Shown: one piece after another, positions 33,601 through 44,044 of the stretch
Numbering within the stretch: the stretch's first letter is position 1
How the letters are laid out: each line of letters opens with the position of its first letter
Assembly (NCBI GenBank): GCA_965263035.1
Contig: OZ253580.1
Location: 2,432,001-2,496,000, forward strand
Origin: Acidobacteriota bacterium
Lineage (GTDB): Bacteria > Acidobacteriota > UBA6911 > RPQK01 > JAJDTT01
Direction: 5' to 3'
Length of the DNA: 64,000 bases
Program-made: the position numbers and the translations under genes
The notes under the pieces: generated by a model
Told to the model about the DNA's origin: nothing
Seen by the model: only the letters and a program-made list of their open reading frames with translations
The model's database searches: none

Positions 33601-35031
33601 ACCCAGCTTGATGTTCAGCTTGAGGCGTCCCACACGCGAGAAGTCGTACCTTCTGCGATCCTGGAACATCCCCTTGAAGAGGGCCGTCGCCGTGTCCAGA
33701 GTGGGAGGGTCGCCGGGCCGCTGTTTCCGGTAGATCTCGATGAGGGCGTCGTCCCGGGTCTTGACCGCATCCTTCATGAGGGTCCCGGTCAATACCATCC
33801 CCACGTCGTCCGACTCCGGGTAGAAGACCACCAACTCCTCGATGCCCGCCTCGATGGCCCCGTTCACCGTACTCTCGGCGACGAAATTGTTGGATTCCAG
33901 CAGGATCTCACCCGTGCTGAGATCGACGACCTCCGCCGCCGCCTGGGCTCCCTTCAGATCGTCGATGCCGATCTCCACCTCATCCACGCCGGCCCGGAGC
34001 ATTCGCGTATAACTGGTCTGGCTGATCTTGCGTCCTGCCCTGACCAGATTGCGGTCCGAATTGGACGGGTCCGGGACGCCGTGGTTGGACCGGGTCCCGA
34101 TCAGCTTCTCATCCAGCTTCCGGAACAACCTGCCGTCCGATCCGACCCGGATCGTGGAGACGTGGTAGAAGGTTCGCAGGATGTCCTCGTCGGTCTCCAC
34201 GCCCAGGGCCCGCAAAAAAACGGTAGCCGGAAACTTCCGCTTCCGGTCGATCCTGACGTGGAGCTGGTTCTTGCCGTCGATCTCGAACTCCACCCAGGAG
34301 CCGCGGTAGGGGATGATCTTGGCCAGACAATTTTTCTTGGCGGGATTGTTTTCGAAGAAGACCCCGGGAGAGCGGTGCAGCTGGCTGACGATGACCCGCT
34401 CGGTCCCGTTGATGATGAAGAGCCCGTTCTCGGTCATCAGGGGGATGTCCCCGAAAAAGACCTCCTGCTCCTTGATGTCCCGAATCGTCCGGTCGTCGGT
34501 ATTCGGGTCCTTGTCCCAGACCACCAGCCGGATGGTGACGCGGAGCGGAACTGAATAGGTCATCCCCCGCTCCTTGCACTCGTCCAGGTTGTACTTGATG
34601 TTGAGCTGAACCGGATCGCCGCAGTCCTCGCAACGCTCCACCTCGTTGGGATTTCTGACGCCGCAACTGCGGCAGGTGATGTCGTCGACGCTGTACGGGT
34701 TCACCACCAGGGTCTCGCCGCAGCCGACGCAGGAACTCCGCAGATGCTTGATCCCGCTGAGCCGCCCACACTTGCACTCCCAGTTCCCGATGGAGTAGTC
34801 CACGAAGTCAAGCGAGGAAATGCCTCTGAAGTCGGCGATGGGAAATACCGAGCTGAAAACCGCCTGAAGGCCTATGTCCTCCCGCTCCGAGGGAAGCAGA
34901 TCCATCTGGAGAAATCGCTGATACGACTGCTTCTGGACCTCGAGCAGGTTGGGAATCGGGAAAACGGTCCTGATCTTGGAAAAATCGACACGATCTCCAT
35001 TGACACTCTCAACGAGTTCAGACATGCGCAT
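30682..35031 (-). CDS. rpoB: RNA polymerase beta subunit with Cys-rich N-terminal insert
   Basis: [21 protein letters not shown] and [14 protein letters not shown]. Confidence 0.99.
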   Translation of the reverse strand: MRMSELVESVNGDRVDFSKIRTVFPIPNLLEVQKQSYQRFLQMDLLPSEREDIGLQAVFSSVFPIADFRGISSLDFVDYSIGNWECKCGRLSGIKHLRSSCVGCGETLVVNPYSVDDITCRSCGVRNPNEVERCEDCGDPVQLNIKYNLDECKERGMTYSVPLRVTIRLVVWDKDPNTDDRTIRDIKEQEVFFGDIPLMTENGLFIINGTERVIVSQLHRSPGVFFENNPAKKNCLAKIIPYRGSWVEFEIDGKNQLHVRIDRKRKFPATVFLRALGVETDEDILRTFYHVSTIRVGSDGRLFRKLDEKLIGTRSNHGVPDPSNSDRNLVRAGRKISQTSYTRMLRAGVDEVEIGIDDLKGAQAAAEVVDLSTGEILLESNNFVAESTVNGAIEAGIEELVVFYPESDDVGMVLTGTLMKDAVKTRDDALIEIYRKQRPGDPPTLDTATALFKGMFQDRRRYDFSRVGRLKLNIKLGQDISLEERTLSTSDFCQIIDYLMRLLNNLGVADDIDHLGNRRVRAVGELLENQFRIGLVRMERAIKEKMSVHQEMTTAMPHDLINAKPVTASIREFFGSSQLSQFMDQTNPLSEITHKRRLSALGPGGLSRERAGFEVRDVHPSHYGRICPVETPEGPNIGLISSLSCYARIDQFGFIESPYRKVVDSRIVDYVRISDSGDSEFKIGEAYPDEDVLQTNKVLSGRAKRPVRYEPYAFYLTAWQGDKHVTAQANVEVDDQGRLIRDRVSARHEGNFVFVPKEEVQYVDVSPKQLVSVAASLVPFLEHDDANRALMGANMQRQAVPLVRAEAPLVGTGMERIAARDSGAVILCRRDGIVDGVDAERIIVRVTSQDVDESRGAGVDIYKLVKFARSNQNTCINQKPLVRIGQRVRKGQILVDGPCTDQGELALGRNVLAAFMPWRGYNFEDAILVSERLVKEDIYTSVHIEELDIESRDTKLGPEDITRDIPNVSESILADLDESGIVRIGAKIRPGDIMVGKVTPKGETQLTPEEKLLRAIFGEKAGEVKDASLYAPPGIEGTVVGVKIFARKGVPKDLRSQQIEIEEIARLGKDREDEIRIIREEAAKTMSDLVSGATLAEDLIDLQGEVVAGKGDQVSRDQLKHLPYRELAEVVPDDSKLLKELSGLFRKTEKQIKILRSLHEERLGRIEKGDELAPGVIKMVKVYVAMKRKLSVGDKMAGRHGNKGVIARITPEEDMPYLPDGTPVEILLNPLGVPSRMNVGQILESHLGWAAKSLGVKYATPVFDGAKEEEIRFELRKANLPEDGKSFLYDGMTGKPFDQKVMVGYIYMNKLSHLVDDKIHARSIGPYSLITQQPLGGKAQFGGQRFGEMEVWALEGYGAAHILQELLTAKSDDVHGRAKIYEAIVKGESNYTPGIPESFNVLIRELQSLGLDVELVEQPRKRFRRRPESREGVESIVTEAPEPEEAPAT

Positions 35032-35227
35032 AAACTCCCAGGTTGGTCCGACCGCGCCCAGTCAACGGGAAACTTCTCCCAATACCCAGTAGGCGCTACG
35101 AAAAATTCCGGGCAATGGAACATGCTCGCCCTGCCGGCGAGAGAGACGAGGGAATCGGGGCGCTTTTCCGGTCTCGGGGGAGACCCTTGACACGAGCCGT
35201 CGGTCCGCCCCCCCGACAGGCCCGCTT

Positions 35228-35605
35228 CTACTTGAGCTCGACGGTCGCGCCGGCGTCCTCGAAGAGCTTCTTGATCTTCTCGGCTTCTTCCTTCTCCACG
35301 GCTTCGCGAACCGCCTTGGGGGCACTCTCCACCAGGTCCTTGGCTTCCTTCAGTCCCAAAGTTGTGACCTGGCGGACCACCTTGATGACATTGATCTTCT
35401 TGGCTCCGTAGGAGGTGAGGACCACGTCGAATTCGGTCTGCTCCTCGACGGCCTCGGCTGCGGCCCCCGGGCCGGCCGCGGCGACGGGAGCCGCCATGGC
35501 GGCGCTGATCCCGAATTTCTCCTCCATGTCCTTGACGAGCTGATTGATCTCGAGGATTGACGCGTTGCCAATCCACTCCAGAATTTGTTCACTGGTAATG
35601 GACAT
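35228..35605 (-). CDS. rplL: 50S ribosomal protein L7/L12
   Basis: [10 protein letters not shown] and [11 protein letters not shown]. Confidence 0.98.
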   Translation of the reverse strand: MSITSEQILEWIGNASILEINQLVKDMEEKFGISAAMAAPVAAAGPGAAAEAVEEQTEFDVVLTSYGAKKINVIKVVRQVTTLGLKEAKDLVESAPKAVREAVEKEEAEKIKKLFEDAGATVELK

Positions 35606-35646
35606 TTCTCTTTACCTCCGATGAGGGACCTGACGGTCCTTTCCAA

Positions 35647-36168
35647 TTACGCTTCCTCTTTCTGCCCGACCACCTGTTTCAGCAGAAATCCCAACTCGGC
35701 AAGTGGGGACTGCAGGGTGCTGGCGAGGCGAGTCAGCGGAGCATTGAACAAAAAGGCAACCTTGGCCAGGAGCTCTTCCCGCGAGGGCATGTCGGCCAGT
35801 TCCGCCACCTGGTCGGCCAGCACGGTCTGCCCTGCAACCACTCCCGACTTGAATTTCATGCCCGGATGGGTATTGCCGAATTCCTTGAGGATCTTGGCCA
35901 GGGCGGTGGGATCCGAATCCGAAAAGGCCACCGCCGTGGGTCCTTGGAAGTCGTCGTTCAACTGGCTGACGGGGGTTTCTTCGGCGGCCCGGATGGCCAG
36001 GGTGTTCTTGACCACCGTGTAACCGTTGCCCGCTTCCCTGATCTGCCTCCGCAACACGGTCAGATCCGGAACGTTGACTTCCGAGAACGTCAACAGCAGA
36101 ACGGTCTGGTTCTGCCGGAAGGTTTGCCTGAGTGCCTCGATGATCTGTCTTTTTTCGTCCCGTGTCAC
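35647..36168 (-). CDS. rplJ: 50S ribosomal protein L10
   Basis: VVKNTL, GPTAVAF and PSREELLA; conserved gene position. Confidence 0.96.
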   Translation of the reverse strand: MTRDEKRQIIEALRQTFRQNQTVLLLTFSEVNVPDLTVLRRQIREAGNGYTVVKNTLAIRAAEETPVSQLNDDFQGPTAVAFSDSDPTALAKILKEFGNTHPGMKFKSGVVAGQTVLADQVAELADMPSREELLAKVAFLFNAPLTRLASTLQSPLAELGFLLKQVVGQKEEA

Positions 36169-36271
36169 TACGATCTGCCTCTTCTCTTCAGGCGGGGTCC
36201 CGCGGGGTCCGATCCGGGCCGCCGGTGCCGCCGGACAACCCGGTCCGGCGCCCGCAGCCTGGGGTTCGCCC

Positions 36272-36961
36272 CTACGTCACCTCCACACGGTTGGCGTCCA
36301 CCTTCACCCCGGGACTCATGGTGGACGATAGGTAGATGGTCCTGAGGTACCGTCCCTTGGCCGACGCCGGCCTGGCCCGAACCACCGCCGTGATCAGACT
36401 GTCGGCGTTGTTGACCAAGTGGTCGGCGGAGAATGAAATCTGCCCCAGGGGGGCATGGATGACGCCGTTCCGGTCCACCCGGAACTCCACCTTTCCGGCC
36501 TTGATCTCCCGCACGGCATGGCCCACGTCGAAAGTGACGGTGCCCGCCTTGGGATTGGGCATCATCCCGCGGGGACCCAGGATCCTTCCCAGTCTCCCCA
36601 CCAGCTTCATCATGTCGGGGGTCGCCACCATGGCATCGAAGCCGAGCCAACCCTTCTGGATGCGCTCCACGATCTCGTCGCCGCCCACATGATCGGCGCC
36701 CGCTTCCTCCGCCTCCCTCACCCTCTCTCCCGAGGCGACCACGCAGACGGTGAGGGCTTTGCCCAGACCGTGAGGCAACACGACCGTGCCCCGGACCATC
36801 TGGTCCGCGTGCCGGGGATCGACGCCGAGACGGAGTGCGATCTCCAAGGTCTCGTCGAAACTGGTGAACTTGATCCGCTGCAGGAGTTGAATCGCATCCT
36901 CCAGCGAGTATTCCCGGGGTTCGACCTTCTTCTTCGCTTCCAGGTATTTCTTTCCAGCCAT
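36272..36961 (-). CDS. rplA: 50S ribosomal protein L1
   Basis: [21 protein letters not shown] and [11 protein letters not shown]. Confidence 0.98.
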   Translation of the reverse strand: MAGKKYLEAKKKVEPREYSLEDAIQLLQRIKFTSFDETLEIALRLGVDPRHADQMVRGTVVLPHGLGKALTVCVVASGERVREAEEAGADHVGGDEIVERIQKGWLGFDAMVATPDMMKLVGRLGRILGPRGMMPNPKAGTVTFDVGHAVREIKAGKVEFRVDRNGVIHAPLGQISFSADHLVNNADSLITAVVRARPASAKGRYLRTIYLSSTMSPGVKVDANRVEVT

Positions 36962-36977
36962 CCGGCAATGCTCCTGA

Positions 36978-37415
36978 CTACTGACTGACCTCTACTCCCA
37001 TGCTCCGGGCCGTTCCCAGGATGATCCGCTTGGCCGCCTCCATGTCGCCGGCGTTCAGATCGGGCATCTTGAGCTGGGCAATCTCTTCCACCTGCCCCAT
37101 GGTCACCTCGGCGACCTTGCTCTTGTTGGGCTCGGGCGAACCCTTGGCGATTCCGGCGGCGCGTTTCAACAGGACCGCGGCCGGCGGCGTCTTGGTGATG
37201 AAGCTGTAGCTCCGATCGTGGTACACCGTGATGACCACGGGAATGATCAACCCTTCGTCGGAGCTGGTCTTGGCGTTGAAGGCCTTGCAGAAATCCATGA
37301 TGTTGACGCCCTGCTGACCCAGGGCCGGCCCCACCGGGGGAGCCGGAGTCGCCTTGCCGGCCGGGATCTGGAGCTTGACCATTCCCATAACCCGCTTGCC
37401 TCTGACTTTGGCCAT
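36978..37415 (-). CDS. rplK: 50S ribosomal protein L11
   Basis: [27 protein letters not shown]. Confidence 0.98.
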   Translation of the reverse strand: MAKVRGKRVMGMVKLQIPAGKATPAPPVGPALGQQGVNIMDFCKAFNAKTSSDEGLIIPVVITVYHDRSYSFITKTPPAAVLLKRAAGIAKGSPEPNKSKVAEVTMGQVEEIAQLKMPDLNAGDMEAAKRIILGTARSMGVEVSQ

Positions 37416-37436
37416 TTTTTTCTCCTATTTTCTCAG

Positions 37437-37591
37437 GGAGCCCGGCGGTTGGAAACCGCCGCTCCCGGGCGGCGACAAGAAAGCCGCCGCTCCCATTCGG
37501 CGGCAAGAAAGCCGCCGCTCCCATGGAGCCCGGCGGCTGGAAACCGCCGCTCCCGGGGAGTCCGGCGGTTGGAAACCGCCGCTCCTGCTCC
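37437..37591. repeat. Array of five REP units between nusG and rplK
   Basis: Mixed GGCGGTTGGAAACCGCCGCTCC and GGCGRCAAGAAAGCCGCCGCTCC units in tandem. Confidence 0.9.
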
Positions 37592-38146
37592 TCACAGCTT
37601 CTCCACCTGTATGAACTCCAACTCCACCGGCGTCGGCCGCCCGAAGATGGTCACCATGACCTTCAATGTGCTTCGATCCACATTCACGTCGTCGACCTCG
37701 CCCGTGAAATTGGAGAACGGGCCATCGATGATCTTGACCAGGTCGTCCTTTTCGAACATGAACTTGGGCTTGGGCTTCTCGGCGGCCGTCGACACCCTCT
37801 GAACCACCTGGTTGACCTCTTCCTCGGTCAGGGGTGTGGGCTTGTTTCCCTGGCTGACGAAGCCGCTCACCTTGGGCGTGTTGCGGACCAGGTGCCAAGT
37901 TTCGTCGGTCAGTTCCATCTCCACCAGGATGTATCCGGGAAAAAAGAGTTTGGAAGTGACGACCTTCTTGCCGCCGCGCATCTCCACCACGTCCTCGGTG
38001 GGAATCAGGATCTGACCGATCATTTCCTGCAGACCGTAGGCCTGCACCCGGTTCATGAGCCCTTCGGCCACCTTCCGCTCGAAGCCGGAATAGGTGTGGA
38101 TGATGTACCACTTCTTACTGAGTACGGATTCGCCCGAGTCACCCAT
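37592..38146 (-). CDS. nusG: Transcription termination/antitermination factor
   Basis: WYIIHTYSGFE, FFPGYILVEM and KOW domain with IFGRPTPVELEF. Confidence 0.97.
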   Translation of the reverse strand: MGDSGESVLSKKWYIIHTYSGFERKVAEGLMNRVQAYGLQEMIGQILIPTEDVVEMRGGKKVVTSKLFFPGYILVEMELTDETWHLVRNTPKVSGFVSQGNKPTPLTEEEVNQVVQRVSTAAEKPKPKFMFEKDDLVKIIDGPFSNFTGEVDDVNVDRSTLKVMVTIFGRPTPVELEFIQVEKL

Positions 38147-38244
38147 GGCATCCTCCAACGGCGAACCCTCCTTCCCTCTGGTTGCGGAGACGGTCGTCCC
38201 GCTCCGCGGCATCCCCGACCTGACGCCGGGGAAAGCGATTCCAT

Positions 38245-38460
38245 TTACCGGAAAAACTCGAACACCCTGTCCACGAGATTGCTCAGAATCATGTCCACGA
38301 GGAAGAGATAGAACCCGAAGAAGAAGACACTGATCAACACCACGGTCGTGGTCCCGTAGACCTCGTTGCGGCCGGGCCAAGTGACCCTTCGCAACTCCTT
38401 CTTAACGTCATAGTAAAAGGTTTTCAACCTCGCCGGGGCAGTCGTGAGTTTTTCCAACAT
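38245..38460 (-). CDS. secE: Preprotein translocase subunit SecE
   Basis: ELRRVTWP followed by a TM helix; conserved position. Confidence 0.93.
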   Translation of the reverse strand: MLEKLTTAPARLKTFYYDVKKELRRVTWPGRNEVYGTTTVVLISVFFFGFYLFLVDMILSNLVDRVFEFFR

Positions 38461-38496
38461 GACGGTTCCGGACCACAGCCACGCAGGGTCCCAAAT

Positions 38497-38574
38497 TGGC
38501 AGGCCAGGAGGGAATCGAACCCCCAACATCCGGTTTTGGAGACCGGCGCTCTACCAACTTTGAGCTACTGGCCT
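38497..38574 (-). tRNA. tRNA-Trp(CCA)
   Basis: AGGCCAGTAGCTCAA...CTCCAAA...GGTTCGATTCC...CTGGCCTGCCA. Confidence 0.96.
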
Positions 38575-38586
38575 ATTGAATATCAT

Positions 38587-38736
38587 TTATCGCGCCTCGC
38601 GGTGTGCCACGTGGCGACGACACCAACTGCAATATTTTCTCAGCTCGAGCCGCACGCGCTGAGTCTTCCTGTTCTTGGTCGTACTATAGTTCTTCCTGTG
38701 GCAAGCGGTGCATCGGAGGGTGATGATATCGCGCAT
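38587..38736 (-). CDS. rpmG: 50S ribosomal protein L33 (zinc-binding type; absent from the ORF track)
   Basis: Manual translation MRDIITLRCTACHRKNYSTTKNRKTQRVRLELRKYCSWCRRHVAHREAR. Confidence 0.95.
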   Translation of the reverse strand: MRDIITLRCTACHRKNYSTTKNRKTQRVRLELRKYCSWCRRHVAHREAR

Positions 38737-38740
38737 CGGC

Positions 38741-39928
<1,188 letters not shown>

Positions 39929-39967
39929 GATGGAACTCCTGAATCAGCCTTGCCTGGTCAGTTGGAA

Positions 39968-40039
<72 letters not shown>

Positions 40040-40079
40040 ACATACCCGTCTCCCCGGTTTCTGTCCACGTGGCCACTGT

Positions 40080-40155
40080 TGGAGCGGGAGACGGGACTCG
40101 AACCCGCGACCGATAGCTTGGAAGGCTATTACTCTACCAACTGAGTTACTCCCGC
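40080..40155 (-). tRNA. tRNA-Gly(TCC)
   Basis: GCGGGAGTAACTCAG...CTTCCAA...CTCCCGCTCCA. Confidence 0.96.
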
Positions 40156-40218
40156 CCTCGACCGTATGCGAAAAATCGAGTCCGTTCTCTCTAGATCCCG
40201 GAAGGGCGGCTTCTGGTC

Positions 40219-40303
40219 TGGAGGGGGCAGGATTCGAACCTGCGTAGCCCCGAAGGGCGACGGGTTTACAGCCCGTTGCCTTTATCCACTCGACCACCCC
40301 TCC
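40219..40303 (-). tRNA. tRNA-Tyr(GTA)
   Basis: GGAGGGG...CTGTAAA...long variable arm...CCCCTCCA. Confidence 0.95.
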
Positions 40304-40512
40304 TCATTGCATTCGGGGAATTCCTGATCCCCATCCGCCCCGTGGTGTCGCTCCTGCCAGTGCACCCCACCTTCCTGCAAAGCAGTCCCATTGCCAGGGA
40401 GGATACGGGAAGTGCCAAATTATACGCACTTCGGGGACCATATTCAAACTGAAAAATGGACGAACTGAGGCCGCCATTCCCGGCACCCGAGGGTAACCTT
40501 GCTGCGAGGGCG

Positions 40513-40584
40513 AGCTGGCGAAGGGAATCGAACCCCCAACCTACTGATTACAAATCAGTTGCTCTACCCTTGAGCTACGCCAGC
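40513..40584 (-). tRNA. tRNA-Thr(TGT)
   Basis: GCTGGCGTAGCTCAA...TTTGTAA...CGCCAGCT; no encoded CCA. Confidence 0.94.
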
Positions 40585-40658
40585 TCACTGTAGAAGTGAC
40601 TAGCGGAGCACCCTATCAGCCCCTGGCATGCGGTGCAACCGAGTCGCTTTCGCTCGCC

Positions 40659-40774
40659 GAGGAAATGAGGAAAGAGGAAATAGGAAAGAGTGGAGAGCGT
40701 GCATTTGTCACTTGGGTGGAGATCTCCACACTTCTCTTTCCTCTTTTCTCCTTTCTCTTTTCTCTCTTTTCTCG
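40659..40774. repeat. Opposed heptameric purine / pyrimidine tracts
   Basis: GAGGAAA-like x4 (40659-40690) facing CTTTTCT-like x5-6 (40731-40774). Confidence 0.65.
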
Positions 40775-41820
40775 TCTTCGACGTCGCCGAAGGCCAGGCG
40801 GAAGGCGGAGATGCGGAAGCGGAACAGGTGGCGGCAGAATTCCAGGTCCCCGATCTTGCGGGCGGACCGGATCCGGCGGCGTTTGCGCAACATCCGGCCC
40901 GCTCCGGCCAGGGCGTCCCGGTAGGCCCGAACCTGGACCCGGAGCAGGAGCCACAAGGAGCCTCCCCGGCGGAAGTTGCCGGCGGGCCCCCGGCGGAGCA
41001 GAGCGGCACAGAAATTCCAGGCCAGACGATAGATGGAGAAGAAGGGGTTCAGGAGCAGCAGGGGGAGGGGGAAGTTCTTGAGCACCAGCCAGAGCCGGTT
41101 CCGCTCCACCCAGTAGATCTTCCGGGGAGAGTAGGGGCCCAGGGTCGAGGAGTGATGGTGGTGCACCACCGCCCCGGGCACATAGAGGCAACGCCAACCC
41201 AGCCAGCGGGCCCGAAGCCCCAGGTCGGCGTCCTCCGCGTAGGCGAAGAAGCTCTCGTCGAAGCCGCCGACCTCTTCCAGAACCTGCTTGCGGTACAGAG
41301 CGGCGCACCCGTCGGCCGCGAGGACCTCTTGAGTCGCGTCGTACTGGCCCCGGTCGCGTTCGCCGGTTCCCCGGCCCCGGTTCTGGCCGTCCGGAAAAAT
41401 GAGGTGCCCCGCCTTGTCAATGACGTCGGACCCGTGAAAGAGGATCTTGGAGGCGCACATGCCGACCTCCGCTGAGGCGCCGATCCCGGACAGCAGTCGT
41501 TCGACCCATTTTGGAGACGCCACGGCGTCGTTATTAAGCAGAGCCACCAGTTCGCCCCGGGCCTGGCGGACTCCCAGGTTGACGGCGGCGGCGAAACCTC
41601 GATTCTCAGGGAGAGACAGAAGACGCACCCCGCGGCCGGCAAAGGAGGCGACGACGTCCGTGCTGTGGTCCTGGGACCCGTTGTCGACCACGAGGATCTC
41701 CAGACGAGGCCAGGTCTGGTCCAGGAGGGATTGCAGGCAGGCGCGGAGCAACTCGGCTCGGCCGTAATTCACCACGACGACGGAAACAAGTTTCCTATTG
41801 CGGTCCGGAGAATCGGCCAA
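40708..41820 (-). CDS. GT2-family glycosyltransferase
   Basis: VVDNGSQD, NRGFAAAVN, LLNND and GGFDESFFAYAEDADL. Confidence 0.9.
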   Translation of the reverse strand: MADSPDRNRKLVSVVVVNYGRAELLRACLQSLLDQTWPRLEILVVDNGSQDHSTDVVASFAGRGVRLLSLPENRGFAAAVNLGVRQARGELVALLNNDAVASPKWVERLLSGIGASAEVGMCASKILFHGSDVIDKAGHLIFPDGQNRGRGTGERDRGQYDATQEVLAADGCAALYRKQVLEEVGGFDESFFAYAEDADLGLRARWLGWRCLYVPGAVVHHHHSSTLGPYSPRKIYWVERNRLWLVLKNFPLPLLLLNPFFSIYRLAWNFCAALLRRGPAGNFRRGGSLWLLLRVQVRAYRDALAGAGRMLRKRRRIRSARKIGDLEFCRHLFRFRISAFRLAFGDVEDEKREKRERRKEEREVWRSPPK

Positions 41821-41848
41821 CTGTCATCGACCCAGAATGCTAGCGGGC

Positions 41849-42292
41849 TCAGACAACCTTGCGTCCTTTTCCCACGAAGTGCTCGCGGAGCACGTCGACG
41901 TTGCCTTCGACCCGAGCGATGCGGTCGCCGAGCGATGCTTCGACCTTGGCGATGCGTTCCGTAAGGGATACTTCGACCTGAGCGATGCGTTCCCTAAGGG
42001 ACACCTCGACCTGAGCGATGCGTTCCGTAAGGGATACCTCGGCCTGAGCGATGCGCTCCCTAAGGGACACCTCGACCTGCCCAATTCGTTCCGTGAGCGA
42101 GACTTCGACCCGGACAATGCGGTCACGGTTTTTGCCGATTTCACGGGTGGCGTCACGCAGGTCCGAGCGAATGCCCGCCAATTGTACGTTGAGATCCCGG
42201 CGGCTGGCCCGGAATTGGGTGAGGATGAGGCCGGTGGCGGTCAGGATGAGGCCACCGAGCGAAACGATGATGATCGTGATTTCGAACGTCAT
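41849..42292 (-). CDS. Small membrane-anchored coiled-coil protein with 11-aa tandem repeats
   Basis: N-terminal TM; VEVSL(T/R)ERIAQ-like repeat x6 encoded by 33-bp DNA repeats (about 41920-42110). Confidence 0.75.
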   Translation of the reverse strand: MTFEITIIIVSLGGLILTATGLILTQFRASRRDLNVQLAGIRSDLRDATREIGKNRDRIVRVEVSLTERIGQVEVSLRERIAQAEVSLTERIAQVEVSLRERIAQVEVSLTERIAKVEASLGDRIARVEGNVDVLREHFVGKGRKVV

Positions 42293-42398
42293 TGAAACAC
42301 TCCCTGCAAGTCTACTCTCCCGGAGCCGAATTGGACAATTCCCGTTTTCGGTCAGTGCAATCCGCGTGCCAGGGGAAATGGGAGGTGGTCCCGACGTC

Positions 42399-43373
42399 CT
42401 ATTCGGCAGTCGCGAAGATCGTCACCGTGGCGCCCCGTCCCAGGGCCGCCTCCATTGCGGCCAGCGGCTGGGCCAGGATCAGCAGTCCGAAATAGACGGC
42501 CTCCTTCACCGAGAACCCAAGGGTCCGCGCCTTCTTCTTCTCCCGCAACAGGCGCACCTTCTGGGACATGGGGTCGAGGGCCGGAAAGAGGCTGGAGACC
42601 AGGCCGGCGGCGTTGTCGCGCAGGGAGAAGTGGCGGACCCGGCGAACCCGAAAGCCGGCGCGGCCGAGCAGTTCCACCAGTGCCCGCGCCGTGAAGTTGT
42701 GAATATGGCGGGGACAGTCCAGCCCGTACCACCGGGAGCCCAGGAGCGCCGCCTGGATGCTGTGGCTGTTGGGAACCTGGACCACCAGCCCGCCACCTTC
42801 GGTCAGGAGCCCACGAATTCGCCGCAGGTAGTGCAAGGGCCGGGGCAGATGCTCCAGGACGTGAAATAGCGTCAGTACGTGGAAGGTGGCGCCGCTTCGG
42901 ATCAGATCCCGCTCGTCTCCCACCACCACCCGGCCCGGCAGGATCTTCTCGGCCGCCTTTCCCGCTTCCGGGGAAGCCTCCAGTCCCTTCACCTGATACC
43001 CGGCCTCCTGAGCCAGCTTCAGGAAGCTGCCGCTACCGCAGCCGATGTCCAGGAGGCGGCGTCCGTTCCCCGGCGGGGCCACCGAGAGGACGAAGCGCAA
43101 ATGGTCGTGCCGGAGGACCCACTCCCGGTAAAGACCCTCCACGCCCCGGGGATCCCCTTCCGGGTCCCACCAGTAGCCGGGCGGGTAGAAGCCGGGGATC
43201 CGGTCCTCAACCTCAGCCGCCCGCTGGAAGCGGAGGCCGCAGCCGGGACAGTGGTAGAGGGGAAACGCCTCGCGGGCGACCTGGAAGAACCGGTCCTCCA
43301 GGCGGCGCCAGAATCGGCAACGGGGATACCGGCAGACGGGACAGGGCAGAAAGGCGTCCGGATCCACGCTCAT
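42399..43373 (-). CDS. Class I SAM-dependent methyltransferase with N-terminal zinc ribbon
   Basis: CPVC...CPGC, LLDIGCGSG, FHVLEHL and VQVPN. Confidence 0.88.
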   Translation of the reverse strand: MSVDPDAFLPCPVCRYPRCRFWRRLEDRFFQVAREAFPLYHCPGCGLRFQRAAEVEDRIPGFYPPGYWWDPEGDPRGVEGLYREWVLRHDHLRFVLSVAPPGNGRRLLDIGCGSGSFLKLAQEAGYQVKGLEASPEAGKAAEKILPGRVVVGDERDLIRSGATFHVLTLFHVLEHLPRPLHYLRRIRGLLTEGGGLVVQVPNSHSIQAALLGSRWYGLDCPRHIHNFTARALVELLGRAGFRVRRVRHFSLRDNAAGLVSSLFPALDPMSQKVRLLREKKKARTLGFSVKEAVYFGLLILAQPLAAMEAALGRGATVTIFATAE

Positions 43374-44044
43374 CCCCCGAGCCGTTTCCTGAAGAGGAAG
43401 ACCAGATTGCTCCAACCGTCTCTCCAGGGTCGGAGCTTCTTCTCTCCGGCACGGTTCGAGTAGTTGATGGGGATCTCCTTGAACCCGATCCGGGAGTGGC
43501 GCATGGCTTCGATCTTGATCTCCTCGGAGAAGGCCATCCCATCGCTGACGAGGTTCATGTTCTCCAACGCCTCCCGATAGAAGATCCACATCCCCGACTG
43601 GGAGTCCCGGACCCGGCGCAGGAACAGGACCGAGAGCGCCAGGCTCAGGCACTTGTTTCCGATGAAGCTCTTCCAGGACATGGCCTCGCGGTTCTGCATC
43701 GGAAACCGGGAGGCCGAGACGAAGCCCACGCCGGATCCGATGAGCGCTTCGATCAGATAGGAGAGGGAGTCGGCCGGGTAGGAGTGGTCCCCGTCCAGGG
43801 TCACGATGATGTCCCCCTGGGCGTGGAGCAGACCCGTCTTGTAGGCGCGGCCATACCCGCGCACGTCCTCCCGAATCACGCGGGCGCCCAAACGCGCGGC
43901 GATTTGCGCCGTGTCGTCGGTGGACCCGTTGTCCACCACGATGACCTCGTCCACGAACCGGGGGATCCGCTCCAGGACCATGCGGATCCCCTCCTCCTCA
44001 TTGAGGCAGGGGATGACGACGGTGATCTTGTGATCTCGATACAT
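43370..44044 (-). CDS. GT2 glycosyltransferase (polyprenol-phosphate glycosyltransferase, DPM1-like)
   Basis: VIPCLNEE, VDNGSTD, RGYG, LDGDHSY and DSQSG. Confidence 0.88.
   Translation of the reverse strand: MYRDHKITVVIPCLNEEEGIRMVLERIPRFVDEVIVVDNGSTDDTAQIAARLGARVIREDVRGYGRAYKTGLLHAQGDIIVTLDGDHSYPADSLSYLIEALIGSGVGFVSASRFPMQNREAMSWKSFIGNKCLSLALSVLFLRRVRDSQSGMWIFYREALENMNLVSDGMAFSEEIKIEAMRHSRIGFKEIPINYSNRAGEKKLRPWRDGWSNLVFLFRKRLGG

Noticed and set aside
36168-36968. 266-aa ORF overlapping rplA
   Set aside because: Alternative-frame overlap of a well-supported ribosomal protein gene, with low-complexity R/G/P composition.
37437-37591. CRISPR-like array between nusG and rplK
   Set aside because: Units are variable REP hairpins with short irregular linkers.
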